Shown here piece by piece: positions 46,069-55,668 of a stretch of DNA of 64,000 nucleotides. Made by a program: the position numbers and the translations under genes. Source of the DNA: Pseudomonadota bacterium (GTDB lineage Bacteria > Pseudomonadota > Alphaproteobacteria > Caulobacterales > Hyphomonadaceae); contig JBCBBZ010000011.1 of the NCBI GenBank assembly GCA_038531165.1, positions 1,028 through 65,027 of the forward strand, written 5' to 3'. Below the pieces are notes generated by a model. The model made no database searches. It was not told the DNA's origin and worked only from the letters and a program-made list of their open reading frames with translations. Within the stretch, counting starts at the first letter, position 1, and the number at the start of each line of letters is the position of its first letter.

Positions 46069-47976
46069 CTATTTTCCGCACTTTGCCGAGGGCGGCACAT
46101 CCAGCGATGGATTGCGATCGAAGAATCCATATGGCATCAGCATAAAGCCAGCATACTCGACCGGCATGATCGGCCAATCCTCCGGACGCGGCACATGCGT
46201 CACCCCGAAGGTGTGCCAAACGACAACATCTTTATTTTCAACTGAGCGGTTCTGCGATGCGTACTCAGAGAGGCCCACGCCGCCGGAATGCAAATTGGTG
46301 AACGGGCCAGCACCGGCATAGTGCTCAGATTTCTCATACGGCGTGACCCAAAGATTGTTCCGCGCAAATCCTCCGCGTTTACCCGATACAGTGTCGGCGC
46401 CCGGCAGCATTGTGGGCGAAGACTGCGGGAGCAGTTTGTAAGCGACAGGATTGCCAAGGCCATTCTTCACATTCGGGTTTTCGATCCGCCAATTCCGGCT
46501 GCGCATCGGATCGATCTTCCGCTGCGCCTCCGACTCTGTGGCCAAGACAGTCCGTGTGGCCTCAAAACCAGCTCCATAAGGATGTGGGTCATTCGCTATG
46601 GGCTGAACATTGGATTCCACCACAGTGTTTTCTGGCCCATCCAGATTGAAATCCAGCCTGAAACAGAACAAGTGCTGGTGAATGGGCGACGTGATACCGG
46701 GCGCCACCAGAGGAGAGGTCGTGGACCCCTCGCCATCTTCCGGAACGGACACACCTATGATGCCTGTCAGCTTGACTTCAAGTTGGATGTTACCGTCCTG
46801 ATAGAAGTACCAGAAAAAGCCGTACTCATAGTTTCCAATCGTATGGATCATTGACACGACAAGTCGGCGTGACCGTCGCACTTCCGGCGGAAGGTCAGGT
46901 CGAAACACATTGGTGTGTTTCCACAAAATACCGAAGTCTTCCTCATGCAAGCAGACAGCGTTCTCGACTGTGTAAGGCGTCCCGTCTGGTCCGAGCATGG
47001 AGGCATCAAAATAGTAGATCTCACCGAGGCAATCGCAGCCAAGTTTTAGGGAATTTGCTTGCTGACCCAAGGCGGTTTCGCCCGCATCAAACGCATGCTT
47101 CCAGAATTGGATAGGATCAGCATCACCGTAAGGCACAACCATTTCTGACAGCGATGCGCGATAAAGAATGGATCTGTCCTTGCCGTCATCATTGTAGCGG
47201 ACATCATGCAGGATCAGCCCCTCGATTGGGTGCACTGAAATACGGATATGCCATTTCTGCCATTTGATCACATGACCTTCGACCTCAAAACTCGGCCCAT
47301 CAGGTTGAGTAATATCGAGTGGTTTTAAGTCCTCGCGCATTGTTTCAATAAATTGCGCAGCATAGTCTGCAGGTGCATCTGGAATCGGCAAGACGCCGTG
47401 ATCTTGCACAATGACCTTGCCGCTATCGGCATCGATCAGGGCGACCAGACCTGCAACAGGACGCGCATAATGATTGTCATCTGGATGTGTGTGCAAAAAG
47501 GCGAGGGCACGCATCACGCGCCCTTCTGGCATCTCGGGAGGCCGCACACCGGCAAGCCACGGTTCGATGTGCACGGTCGACAAATCCGTGATGCCGCGCT
47601 TTGCAAGAGCGGCAAGCCAATCTGGATGTTCGCTCAACGCGATAAAGACTTCTTGCACATCTTCGCCGTTCAATGGGGCTTGTCCATTGTCGATCCAGCG
47701 AAACTCGGCCAGTTGCTTGTCATCAAGCGAAACGATCGCCTCAAAGCTTTGGCCCTTATCACGGTCATGCCCAACGATCTGAATGTTCCGGGAGATTGGC
47801 TTGTCTGGCGCGTGGGCAAGGACATCCTCCTTGTCCGGCTCGACGCGCACACCAAAGGAGAAGAAGCTTCGTTTGCTGAGGCCAGCTTCGCTTTGCACAA
47901 TGTCGACCGCCTGTGCGAGCTCTTTAGCATTCGCCGGTTCGAGCGGATGGGTGATCTCTTCCAGCACTGCGGTCAT
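46069..47976 (-). CDS. tynA: Copper-containing primary-amine oxidase (topaquinone enzyme)
   Basis: TPQ consensus TIGNYEYGFFWYFYQDG. His ligands (WHTFGVTHVPRPEDWP). 635 aa. Confidence 0.85.
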   Translation of the reverse strand: MTAVLEEITHPLEPANAKELAQAVDIVQSEAGLSKRSFFSFGVRVEPDKEDVLAHAPDKPISRNIQIVGHDRDKGQSFEAIVSLDDKQLAEFRWIDNGQAPLNGEDVQEVFIALSEHPDWLAALAKRGITDLSTVHIEPWLAGVRPPEMPEGRVMRALAFLHTHPDDNHYARPVAGLVALIDADSGKVIVQDHGVLPIPDAPADYAAQFIETMREDLKPLDITQPDGPSFEVEGHVIKWQKWHIRISVHPIEGLILHDVRYNDDGKDRSILYRASLSEMVVPYGDADPIQFWKHAFDAGETALGQQANSLKLGCDCLGEIYYFDASMLGPDGTPYTVENAVCLHEEDFGILWKHTNVFRPDLPPEVRRSRRLVVSMIHTIGNYEYGFFWYFYQDGNIQLEVKLTGIIGVSVPEDGEGSTTSPLVAPGITSPIHQHLFCFRLDFNLDGPENTVVESNVQPIANDPHPYGAGFEATRTVLATESEAQRKIDPMRSRNWRIENPNVKNGLGNPVAYKLLPQSSPTMLPGADTVSGKRGGFARNNLWVTPYEKSEHYAGAGPFTNLHSGGVGLSEYASQNRSVENKDVVVWHTFGVTHVPRPEDWPIMPVEYAGFMLMPYGFFDRNPSLDVPPSAKCGK

Positions 47977-48605
47977 GCGGTCTCTCCCTGTTTCAATCTA
48001 GCTTTGTCTGTTCGCTTGGCGCCGCTCAATACAGCTCGAAGGCGTCTTCGAAGCTCATCCGGATCTGATTTCGGATGGGTCAAGTGTTCCAATTCAAATG
48101 CCCGGGCAACGGCCAGCATGACTGTTGCTGTTAGTCGCCCATCCTCAACCCCTATTTGATCCAGCTGCGCTTCAATTTGCGTGATGAGTCTGTTTTCCCA
48201 GGTCCGGAACTCCTGCCGAATATCCTGATGCCGGGCGGCAAACACAATCAACTCATACTCAGCAAGGACGCGATCAGGGTCGAAGAACTCCTGTTGATGG
48301 AACTGCACCATTGTTTCGATCAGCTCATCAAGAGACTTGTCAGTCTTGTCCTGCGACACCTCGTCAATGAGGCTGTGCACGGTTTCAATGTAATGGCGAA
48401 ACGCAGCAAGTAAGATCTCGTCCCTTGAAGCAAAGTGATAGGTTACGGCGCCGCGTGTGAGCCTCGCTTCATCAGCAACGCTTCGGTGGGTGACGGCCCC
48501 TACCCCTCTGTCGGCAATGATGCGCAGGGCGGCTTCGAGCAATTGCTCACGACTTCGCTCGCCCTTCGATTTTGAGACTTTTTCTGTTCCGGCTTGCCGT
48601 TCCAT
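47973..48605 (-). CDS. TetR-family transcriptional regulator
   Basis: HTH LLEAALRIIADRGVGAVTHRSVADEARLTRGAVTYHFASRDEIL. 4-bp overlap with the amine oxidase start. Confidence 0.85.
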   Translation of the reverse strand: MERQAGTEKVSKSKGERSREQLLEAALRIIADRGVGAVTHRSVADEARLTRGAVTYHFASRDEILLAAFRHYIETVHSLIDEVSQDKTDKSLDELIETMVQFHQQEFFDPDRVLAEYELIVFAARHQDIRQEFRTWENRLITQIEAQLDQIGVEDGRLTATVMLAVARAFELEHLTHPKSDPDELRRRLRAVLSGAKRTDKARLKQGETA

Positions 48606-48627
48606 AAGTTTCGCGTATACAAAAAAA

Positions 48628-48639
48628 TGACATTTGTCA
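48628..48639. promoter_or_regulatory. Palindrome TGACATTTGTCA, candidate operator of the adjacent TetR
   Basis: Perfect 5-2-5 inverted repeat 22 bp upstream of the TetR start at 48605, in the divergent gap with the PhyH gene. Confidence 0.35.
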
Positions 48640-48750
48640 CGCAGAGACTATGGAATTCTGAAAGACACTCGCCTGGTTGCGTTTTGAGCGCGGAAGTATC
48701 GCTTCACATCTAGCAGAAATTGGTCGACGGTCTTTTTCAAGGAGATCAGG

Positions 48751-49557
48751 ATGTCGATCCCACAATTCACAGCAGAAACTCCAACAGACCTCATTGCCGA
48801 AGGGTTAGAGGAAGCCGGATGCGCAGTGGTCACAGGCTGCATTAGCCAAGAAGAAATCGCAAATGTTCGGACGGAACTCGCGCCCCATATGGCGCGCGCG
48901 AGCACTGCCCGCGAAAAAACGGCGGACGACTTCTATCCCGGTCTAACGCGAAGAGTGACGGCTTTGGTCGCCAGATCCCCAACCGTCGCCAATACGTTGC
49001 TGACGCATCCCGTATCAATGGATGCCTGCGAGCGGTTCCTGCTACCGAACAGTGAGTTTGGCTATCAGCTGCATGTGACAGCTGCGCTGGAGATTGGGCC
49101 AGGCGCGCGCGGGCAAGTGCTTCACCGCGAAGAAGACACGTTCACTTTCTTCCCGCTACCGCGTCCTAACCTTATCGTCGCCAGCATGTGGGCAATTTCC
49201 GACTTCCGATCGGATAACGGTGCGACCTTAGTTGTCCCAGGAAGCCACATGTGGACTGAAGACCGCATTGCTGAAGACCACGAAATCCTGCCCGCAGAAA
49301 TGCCTGCCGGTTCGGTATTCTTCTGGTTAGGCGGTTTGCTCCATGGCGCAGGCGCCAACACTTCGGACGATTGGAGGTATGGCGTGATCTTGACCTATTC
49401 AGCGGGCTGGGTCCGGCAGGAAGAAAATCAGTATCTCGACATTCCAGCCGAGCAGCTCGAGCGTCTTACGCCAGAGGTTCGAAAAATCGCAGGATTCGAA
49501 ATGTACCGCGCACTAGGCTTCTCGGATCCGACAGTCACAGCAGACCCAATAGGCTAG
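48751..49557 (+). CDS. Phytanoyl-CoA dioxygenase (PhyH)-family Fe(II)/2-oxoglutarate oxygenase
   Basis: 268 aa. LHREED... and distal LLHGAGAN His; NGATLVVPGSH pattern. Confidence 0.65.
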   Translation: MSIPQFTAETPTDLIAEGLEEAGCAVVTGCISQEEIANVRTELAPHMARASTAREKTADDFYPGLTRRVTALVARSPTVANTLLTHPVSMDACERFLLPNSEFGYQLHVTAALEIGPGARGQVLHREEDTFTFFPLPRPNLIVASMWAISDFRSDNGATLVVPGSHMWTEDRIAEDHEILPAEMPAGSVFFWLGGLLHGAGANTSDDWRYGVILTYSAGWVRQEENQYLDIPAEQLERLTPEVRKIAGFEMYRALGFSDPTVTADPIG

Positions 49558-49575
49558 ATTAAGAAGGAAGGCACG

Positions 49576-49830
49576 ATGGACGACATCCGATCCAATTCCC
49601 TGTTCGAGAAAGATCGACGCCATCTCTTGGATCCTTATGCTTCCTTCCCCGATTTTCTTGAGAATGGATCTCGGTTTTTCGAATCTGCGAATTGGGTGCA
49701 TATCCGAGGCGCAGATGGCAAAGACTATCTCGACGGAAATGGCGGGCTGTGGTGCGTCAACATCGGCTATGGCCGAAAAGAAATGGCCGCCGCGATCGCC
49801 GCGGCAACCAACGCAATCGGCTCAGCTTAG
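49576..49830 (+). pseudogene. N-terminal 84-codon fragment of a class-III (omega) aminotransferase
   Basis: RBS GAAGGAAGG. ...HIRGADGKDYLDGNGGLWCVNIGYGRKEMAAAIAAA is the typical first ~85 aa of a ~450-aa enzyme. It stops 4 bp before the convergent cupin gene. Confidence 0.6.
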
Positions 49831-49834
49831 CGTG

Positions 49835-50194
49835 CTAGGCCGACGTCATGTAATATTTGCGAAGCCGCTCAGTGATGTGCCACGTCATTTTTGACCCCTT
49901 TGCAGCATACACCACTTCCCCAGGCCCAAACGATTCCTCTACGCCGTCTGCATTTGTGATTTTGAGCATTCCAGAGATAATCACCATCATCTCCTCAATC
50001 GGATAGGCCTCGATCTCGATTTTACAGGGCGGACACTCCCAGACGCCTGCACCAACAGCCCCGCTGTCAGATTGGTAAAACGACATGGTCGTTTCATCGG
50101 TTGCGTCGGTGGTAAAGCACGCCTTAGGGATCAAGTTCGATGGCTTCTTCTCACCCGCAGCGTCCGGAAGAATTTTGAATGTGTCGATTGTCAT
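49835..50194 (-). CDS. Cupin-domain protein (DUF861-like)
   Basis: 119 aa. ...MMVIISGMLKITNADGVEESFGPGEVVYAAKGSKMTWHITERLRKYYM. Confidence 0.7.
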   Translation of the reverse strand: MTIDTFKILPDAAGEKKPSNLIPKACFTTDATDETTMSFYQSDSGAVGAGVWECPPCKIEIEAYPIEEMMVIISGMLKITNADGVEESFGPGEVVYAAKGSKMTWHITERLRKYYMTSA

Positions 50195-50297
50195 GGCTAT
50201 ACCTTTCTATGTTACTGATGCTGAATGAATTTGTCTGAGTTTCAGGGGCTTAGTCGCTGGTTGATCCAGCGCACATCTCATACGGCGAAAAGCAGAT

Positions 50298-51106
50298 CTA
50301 ACGACCATGGAACTCAGGATCTCTACGCTCCATGAAGGCGGTCATGCCCTCTTTGAAGTCTTCCGACTTCAAAAGCGGAATAAGCTGCAGAAAAACGCGG
50401 TAAACATGATCTTCGAACCCTTCATCTAGCCCCATGCGCATCATTCGCTTCGACGACTGCACAGCGAGTGGTGCGTTCGCGGCGATCTCATTTGCCAGCT
50501 CAATCGCACTGTCGAGGAGCTCGTCATCTTCAACACAATCAGACACAAGCCCCATGTCTTTAGCTTGTTCGGCTGTGAGCACGCGGCCGGTAAAGATCAG
50601 TTCAGCGGCTTTCGACCAACCGAGTAATCGCGGAAGAAACCATGTGCCGCCTGACTCAGGCGTGACCCCGCGCTTAACGAAGGCGGCGGAGATCTTTGCG
50701 CTCTTCGCAACAAGTCGAATATCGCAGCCCAAGGCGAGATCCAATCCATAACCGGCTGACGAACCCATGGCGCATATGATGGGCTTATTGATCTTGTTCA
50801 GCACCGTGGGCGGCGTATTGCGCAGATCCAGTTCTGGAATACGCTGACTCTTGGTAAGATTAGCCGCCACCCCGCTCCCGCGGAGATCCAGTCCGCCACA
50901 GAAGAACCGGCCCCGACCATTAAGGATTATCACTCTAATGTCGGGATCCGCTTCGGCCTCCAGCAGCCGCTCACATAGCGTATCCAGCATCAGCGATGTG
51001 ATGGTGTTCTGGACCTCTGGGCGATTGAGGGTGATCACAGCCAAATGATCTTGCTTTTAAGCAGCACCTCATCCTCGACATCGGTAATATTGGGTTGCGT
51101 CGTCAT
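50298..51106 (-). pseudogene. Enoyl-CoA hydratase/isomerase with an apparent frameshift near the 5' end
   Basis: The crotonase body (AVITLNRPE...FCGGLDL...) begins without a proper N-terminus. An RBS (GGAG) plus ATG at 51106 opens a 23-codon frame (MTTQPNITDVEDEVLLKSK...). That frame meets the main frame at a T4/A4 run at 51055..51058. Confidence 0.55.
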
Positions 51107-51148
51107 AGGCTTAGTCTCCGAAAAAGATGCGAGTTGGTTTACAGCGGG

Positions 51149-52288
51149 TCATGCTAAAACTCTCTCGGCCGCAGCTTCCCATTGCCGTTGAACTTCATCC
51201 AAATGCTCATTCAAGTCAGCGGTCTTTTCAATGCTCGGCGGGTAGGCCACAGGATCCGCCAACACATCCTCAATACCGAGGACACCCTCAAGGACCGCAT
51301 AGGCGCAAAATGCTGTATAGGTCAGCGCGTATCCGCCTTCCTGCATGAGCAACAATCGGCCATTGCAATGGGTATCCGCGATGCTTTTCGCCATACGTCC
51401 GAGCATTCTATAACCGCGCATGCTGAGAAGATTGCGTCCGTTTAAGTCAAACTGATTGGCATCTTGTCCATTGGCGATAATCAAAAGCTCGGGCTGAAAC
51501 GCGTCCAGCGCCGGCTTCACCAACCGCTCCATGGTGCGCTCATAGGCTTGATCGCCCGCGCCATATGGAAGTGGGATATTCAGGTTGTAGCCTTTGCCAG
51601 CGCCAGCGCCGACCTCTTCGGGTGTTCCCAACTCAGGGTGATTGTCGCCCCAGGACCCCAGCGGCATGTGCATTGAAATCGTGAGCACATTATCGTGCTC
51701 GTAGAAACTCGCCTGCGTTCCGTTGCCGTGATGAACGTCCCAATCCAAAATAGCGATCTTGTTGACACCCAGTTTCAGCGCCCGCTCCACGGCAACGCCG
51801 ATATTGTTGATGATGCAATAGCCATCGGGCAATGACCTCGACGCGTGGTGCCCGGGAGGACGAATGAGCGCATATGCTATTTGGTCGGGGCCAGATAGAA
51901 CGGTCTCGACGGCGTTGATCGCGCAGCCAGCGGCAGCGTGAACGGCGTCTAGCGTGCCCGTATTGATCACCGTGCTCACACCATCAATACGAACCGGCTG
52001 ACCAGAGCTCTCAACCTGCGCCGCAATTTTATAGACTTCTTCGAGATAGATTGGGTCCGCAAACGCGGCCAAAACGAAACGGTCGGCATGATCGCCTTCA
52101 TGCCAATTCACGCGAGACTTCAGCGGTCCCTTTTCGAGGATTGATTTGATGTTGATCAGTCGCTCAGCGGTTTCCGGGTGCGGCTCTAGAACCTCAATCA
52201 AGGGTGAGCCTGGCAGATCATAGCACCCGCGACCCGTATCGTGTTTGAAACAGTCCGGGTGCCAAAAAACATCAACAGATTGGCTCAT
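51149..52288 (-). CDS. Histone-deacetylase-family amidohydrolase (acetylpolyamine amidohydrolase-like)
   Basis: IRPPGHHASR, ILDWDVHHGNGTQ, EGGYAL motifs. Confidence 0.8.
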   Translation of the reverse strand: MSQSVDVFWHPDCFKHDTGRGCYDLPGSPLIEVLEPHPETAERLINIKSILEKGPLKSRVNWHEGDHADRFVLAAFADPIYLEEVYKIAAQVESSGQPVRIDGVSTVINTGTLDAVHAAAGCAINAVETVLSGPDQIAYALIRPPGHHASRSLPDGYCIINNIGVAVERALKLGVNKIAILDWDVHHGNGTQASFYEHDNVLTISMHMPLGSWGDNHPELGTPEEVGAGAGKGYNLNIPLPYGAGDQAYERTMERLVKPALDAFQPELLIIANGQDANQFDLNGRNLLSMRGYRMLGRMAKSIADTHCNGRLLLMQEGGYALTYTAFCAYAVLEGVLGIEDVLADPVAYPPSIEKTADLNEHLDEVQRQWEAAAERVLA

Positions 52289-52312
52289 CGCATGCCGTCC
52301 TAATCTGCCGCC

Positions 52313-53590
52313 CTAAGCCGCTGTCGCTCTGACGGCATCGCTGAACCGTTCGAGTCCCTGATCGAGCACATCCATCGGTATGGTCAGGGCTGGGAGGAAA
52401 CGGATGACGTTGCCGCGCACACCGCAGGATAGCAGGACTAAGCCGCGATCGCGCGCTTCGGCAACGATCGCTTTCGTCCGATCCGCATCGGGCACTTTTG
52501 GATCGCCGTCTTTGACGAACTCGATCGCCGTCATGGCGCCATGGCCTCGAACGTCACCAATGCCGAGATCCGACTGGCGTAAGGCCTCGCCGGCGCGTTT
52601 GATCTTGTCACCGATCTCGAGCGCCCGTTCGCACAGCTTCTCTTCCTCGATGATGTCGAGCACAGCGAGACCTGCCGCGCAGCCGAGCGGTGAGCCCCCA
52701 TAAGTGCCGCCGAGACCGCCTGCTGCCGGCGCGTCCATGATCTCCGCCTTACCTATGACACCCGAGATCGGAAAGCCTCCCGCCATGGCTTTTGCGACTG
52801 TCATCAGATCGGGCTCAATGCCCGCATATTCTGTGGCGAACATTTTTCCTGTTCGCGCGAAGCCAGACTGGATCTCGTCGCAAATCAGCAAGATGCCATG
52901 CTCATCGCAAACAGCGCGGAGCTTTTGCATGAATTCAGGCGACGCAACGTAGAAGCCACCTTCGCCTTGAATCGGCTCGATGATGATTGCTGCCACGCGT
53001 GCGGGCTCCAAAGTAGATTTGAACAAAGCTTCAAGGGCTTCGAACGCGCAGAATTCGGGGACACCAAGATATGTCGCCGGGAATGGGAGATGATAGACGT
53101 CTGAGGGCAGCGGGCCAAAACCCGCCTTGTAGGGCGCAACTTTTCCGGTCAGCGCCATGCTCATCATGGTGCGCCCGTGGAAGCCGCCCGTAAACGAGAT
53201 GACAGCTTGGCGGCCTGTCGCAGAGCGCGCTATTTTCACCGCATTTTCAACCGCTTCGGCACCGGTCGTCAGAAAGATGGTTTTCTTTGGCGTGTCGCCA
53301 GGCGCAGCCTCGTTCAGGCGCTCCGCAAGCTCGATATAGGACTTGTAAGGCGAGACCTGGAAACAGACATGCGAGAAGGCTTCGAGCTGTTCCTGAACAG
53401 CCTTTTGGATGCGGGGGTGGTTGTGGCCGGTATTGTTGACCGCAATACCAGATGCAAAGTCGATAAAGTGGTTTCCCTCTTCGTCCCAGATCTCAGCGTT
53501 CTCAGCCCGCTGGGCAAAGACTTGGTGCATATTGCCGACCCCTCGCGGGATAGCGGCCTCACGGCGGTTCCATAGATCACTGTTTTGCAT
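52313..53590 (-). CDS. gabT: 4-aminobutyrate--2-oxoglutarate aminotransferase
   Basis: Class-III aminotransferase: DEIQSGFARTGKMFA, TVAKAMAGGFP. Start at MQNSDLW (ATG 53590, RBS AAGGAAG). Confidence 0.8.
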   Translation of the reverse strand: MQNSDLWNRREAAIPRGVGNMHQVFAQRAENAEIWDEEGNHFIDFASGIAVNNTGHNHPRIQKAVQEQLEAFSHVCFQVSPYKSYIELAERLNEAAPGDTPKKTIFLTTGAEAVENAVKIARSATGRQAVISFTGGFHGRTMMSMALTGKVAPYKAGFGPLPSDVYHLPFPATYLGVPEFCAFEALEALFKSTLEPARVAAIIIEPIQGEGGFYVASPEFMQKLRAVCDEHGILLICDEIQSGFARTGKMFATEYAGIEPDLMTVAKAMAGGFPISGVIGKAEIMDAPAAGGLGGTYGGSPLGCAAGLAVLDIIEEEKLCERALEIGDKIKRAGEALRQSDLGIGDVRGHGAMTAIEFVKDGDPKVPDADRTKAIVAEARDRGLVLLSCGVRGNVIRFLPALTIPMDVLDQGLERFSDAVRATAA

Positions 53591-53606
53591 AGCAGTCTTC
53601 CTTCTC

Positions 53607-55058
53607 TCAGGCGCTGAGGCCACCCATCAGCATGTATTTGATCTCTAAATAGTCATCTAGGCCATAGTGCGAGCCTTCCCGGCCCATGCCGGATTGTTTC
53701 ACCCCGCCAAACGGCGCTGCGGCATTGGAGATCGCCCCCTCATTGATGCCGACCATGCCATAGTCGAGCGCCTCGCCCATGCGCCAGGCACGGCCGATGT
53801 CTCGCGTGTAAAGATAGGCAGCAAGACCATAGGGTGTGTCATTCGCCATGGTGATCACGTCTTCTTCAGACGAGAATGGGATCAGCGCGGTGACAGGGCC
53901 GAAAATCTCTTCGCGGGCCACCGGCATGTCGGGGGTCACGCCTAACAGAATGGTCGGCTCAAAGAACAATGCGCCGGCTTCGTGTCGCTCCCCACCCTGT
54001 GTCAGCGTCGCGCCAGCAGCCACCGACTCAGACACCAGCCGTTCAACTTTGGACACAGCGGCTTCATTGATGAGCGGCCCAATCTCAGAGCCGGCTTGAT
54101 CACCTGGGGCCACTTTGAGGTCCGCGATCTTCGGTTGGATCAGCTGAGAGAAGGCCTCCATCCGGTCTTCGTGCACAAAGACCCGGTTGGAGCAGACACA
54201 AGTTTGGCCGGCGTTGCGATATTTAGACGCCATCAAACCCGTCGCCGCGGCATCGAGGTCCGCATCCTCGCAAACGATGAAAGGCGCGTTTCCGCCGAGC
54301 TCCATTGAGACTTTTTTGACTGTGCCAGCGGCCTGTTGGAGCAGGATTTTGCCGGTTTGAGTTGAGCCGGTGAAGCTGATTTTTTTGACCAATTCATGTC
54401 CCGTCAGGACACCGCCGACTTCCGCCGGCTTTGAGGTTGGCACAACGCTGAAAACGCCAGCGGGGATGCCTGCATCCAATGCGAGCTTCGCCAAAGCGAG
54501 CGCCGAGAGCGGTGTGTCTTCTGCCGGCTTTGCCACCATGGTGCAGCCCGCCGCGAGCGCCGCGGCAACTTTGCGGGCCAACATCGCATTCGGAAAGTTC
54601 CAGGGCGTGATCGCGGCGCACACGCCAACCGGCTGTTTGATAACAACGATCCGGCGATCATTTGCCGGTGATGGGATCACGTCGCCATAAACGCGTTTTG
54701 CTTCTTCCGCGAACCATTCGAGATAGGCTGCTCCATAGAGGATTTCGCCTTTGGCTTCGGCAAGGGGTTTGCCCATCTCCGCAGTTAGAAGCGCTGCGAG
54801 TTCATCGGCATTGGCAACCAACAGCTCTTGCCATTTGCGCAATAGTTTCGAGCGCTCCTGTGCGGAGGTTGCGGCCCAGGACGGGAACGCGCGATGGGCC
54901 GCCTCGACCGCCGCTGTCGCTTCCGCCGCGCCGCAGTCCGCGACAGCCCCGATGCGCTCTCCATTTGCTGGATTAGAAACCGGAAATGTCTCACCGCCAA
55001 TTGCGGGCGCCCAACGCCCGTCAATGAGGGCTTCGGTGAAGAGAAAGGCGTTTTGCAT
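53607..55058 (-). CDS. gabD: NAD(P)-dependent succinate-semialdehyde dehydrogenase
   Basis: ALDH motifs [16 protein letters not shown], catalytic GQTCVCSNR. Directly upstream of gabT. Confidence 0.8.
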   Translation of the reverse strand: MQNAFLFTEALIDGRWAPAIGGETFPVSNPANGERIGAVADCGAAEATAAVEAAHRAFPSWAATSAQERSKLLRKWQELLVANADELAALLTAEMGKPLAEAKGEILYGAAYLEWFAEEAKRVYGDVIPSPANDRRIVVIKQPVGVCAAITPWNFPNAMLARKVAAALAAGCTMVAKPAEDTPLSALALAKLALDAGIPAGVFSVVPTSKPAEVGGVLTGHELVKKISFTGSTQTGKILLQQAAGTVKKVSMELGGNAPFIVCEDADLDAAATGLMASKYRNAGQTCVCSNRVFVHEDRMEAFSQLIQPKIADLKVAPGDQAGSEIGPLINEAAVSKVERLVSESVAAGATLTQGGERHEAGALFFEPTILLGVTPDMPVAREEIFGPVTALIPFSSEEDVITMANDTPYGLAAYLYTRDIGRAWRMGEALDYGMVGINEGAISNAAAPFGGVKQSGMGREGSHYGLDDYLEIKYMLMGGLSA

Positions 55059-55132
55059 CGCTCTTAATCCGTTTCAACTGATGGACGTTCCGATTTTGCG
55101 TAGCATCCATTCTGAGCACCAAAGTAGGTTTT

Positions 55133-55144
55133 TTGTGATCACAT
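55133..55144. promoter_or_regulatory. Motif-B palindrome TTGTGATCACAT
   Basis: About 80 bp upstream of the gabD start at 55058. Confidence 0.5.
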
Positions 55145-55255
55145 TTAGCTGATACTTCCTTCAGCCCGATACCGCAAGAAGAAATCTAGACAAGCTTGCC
55201 ATCAAACGTTTCCGCGCACCATACTCCTCTATGGCTGGGGCCACCGAAAATAAGT

Positions 55256-55521
55256 ATGACAAAAACAGCATTCTCGATACTTGCCGGCGGAAAAGGTGTT
55301 CGCATTGGAGGGCGAAAAGCGCACACACCATTCGACGGTGCGCCGATGTTGCCGCCACACTATCTTCAATTCTTGCATCTGGCGCGCATCCGCCCCTGCA
55401 TCGCTTGATCGAAGATATTGGCGGCACAAAGGCGCAACGGCCCAACGACCAACTTTCACTGAACGTCAACACAAGAGACGATCTCAAACTTGCAGAGCAA
55501 TTCCTATTGGATCAGCGCTGA
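55256..55521 (+). pseudogene. mobA: Remnant of molybdenum cofactor guanylyltransferase gene (internal deletion + frameshift)
   Basis: One frame gives MTKTAFSILAGGKGVRIGGRKAHTPFDGAPML (MobA N-terminal ILAGGxxxRMGGxDK-like box). Another frame gives ...LSLNVNTRDDLKLAEQFL (MobA C-terminal F-N-x-N-T-xxDL-like box). The total span is only 266 bp versus about 600 bp expected. Confidence 0.45.
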
Positions 55522-55582
55522 TGATTATCTGTACGCTGGCAAGCTTAGCTTTTAGAAAAGCCTACCTTCGTATCGGTTTATA

Positions 55583-55594
55583 ACGTGATCACAA
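55583..55594. promoter_or_regulatory. Motif-B site ACGTGATCACAA(TAT)
   Basis: About 80 bp upstream of the molybdoenzyme ATG at 55669. Shares the 14-mer CGTGATCACAATAT with the site at 59221. Confidence 0.5.
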
Positions 55595-55668
55595 TATGCT
55601 ACATCTTGATTGAACGAGGCGTATTGCTACGCGATTGGACAACCATTGCAGAAGAATGGAAACGATAA

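Noticed and set aside
47353-48159. 268-aa plus-strand ORF antisense to the copper amine oxidase and TetR genes
   Set aside because: It overlaps two recognisable genes on the other strand. Its composition is low-complexity and it contains no domain motif.
51031-51038. GTGATCAC inside the enoyl-CoA hydratase coding region as a sixth motif-B site
   Set aside because: The context is coding (encodes AVIT) and it lacks the conserved AA(T) flank. This is most simply a chance occurrence.
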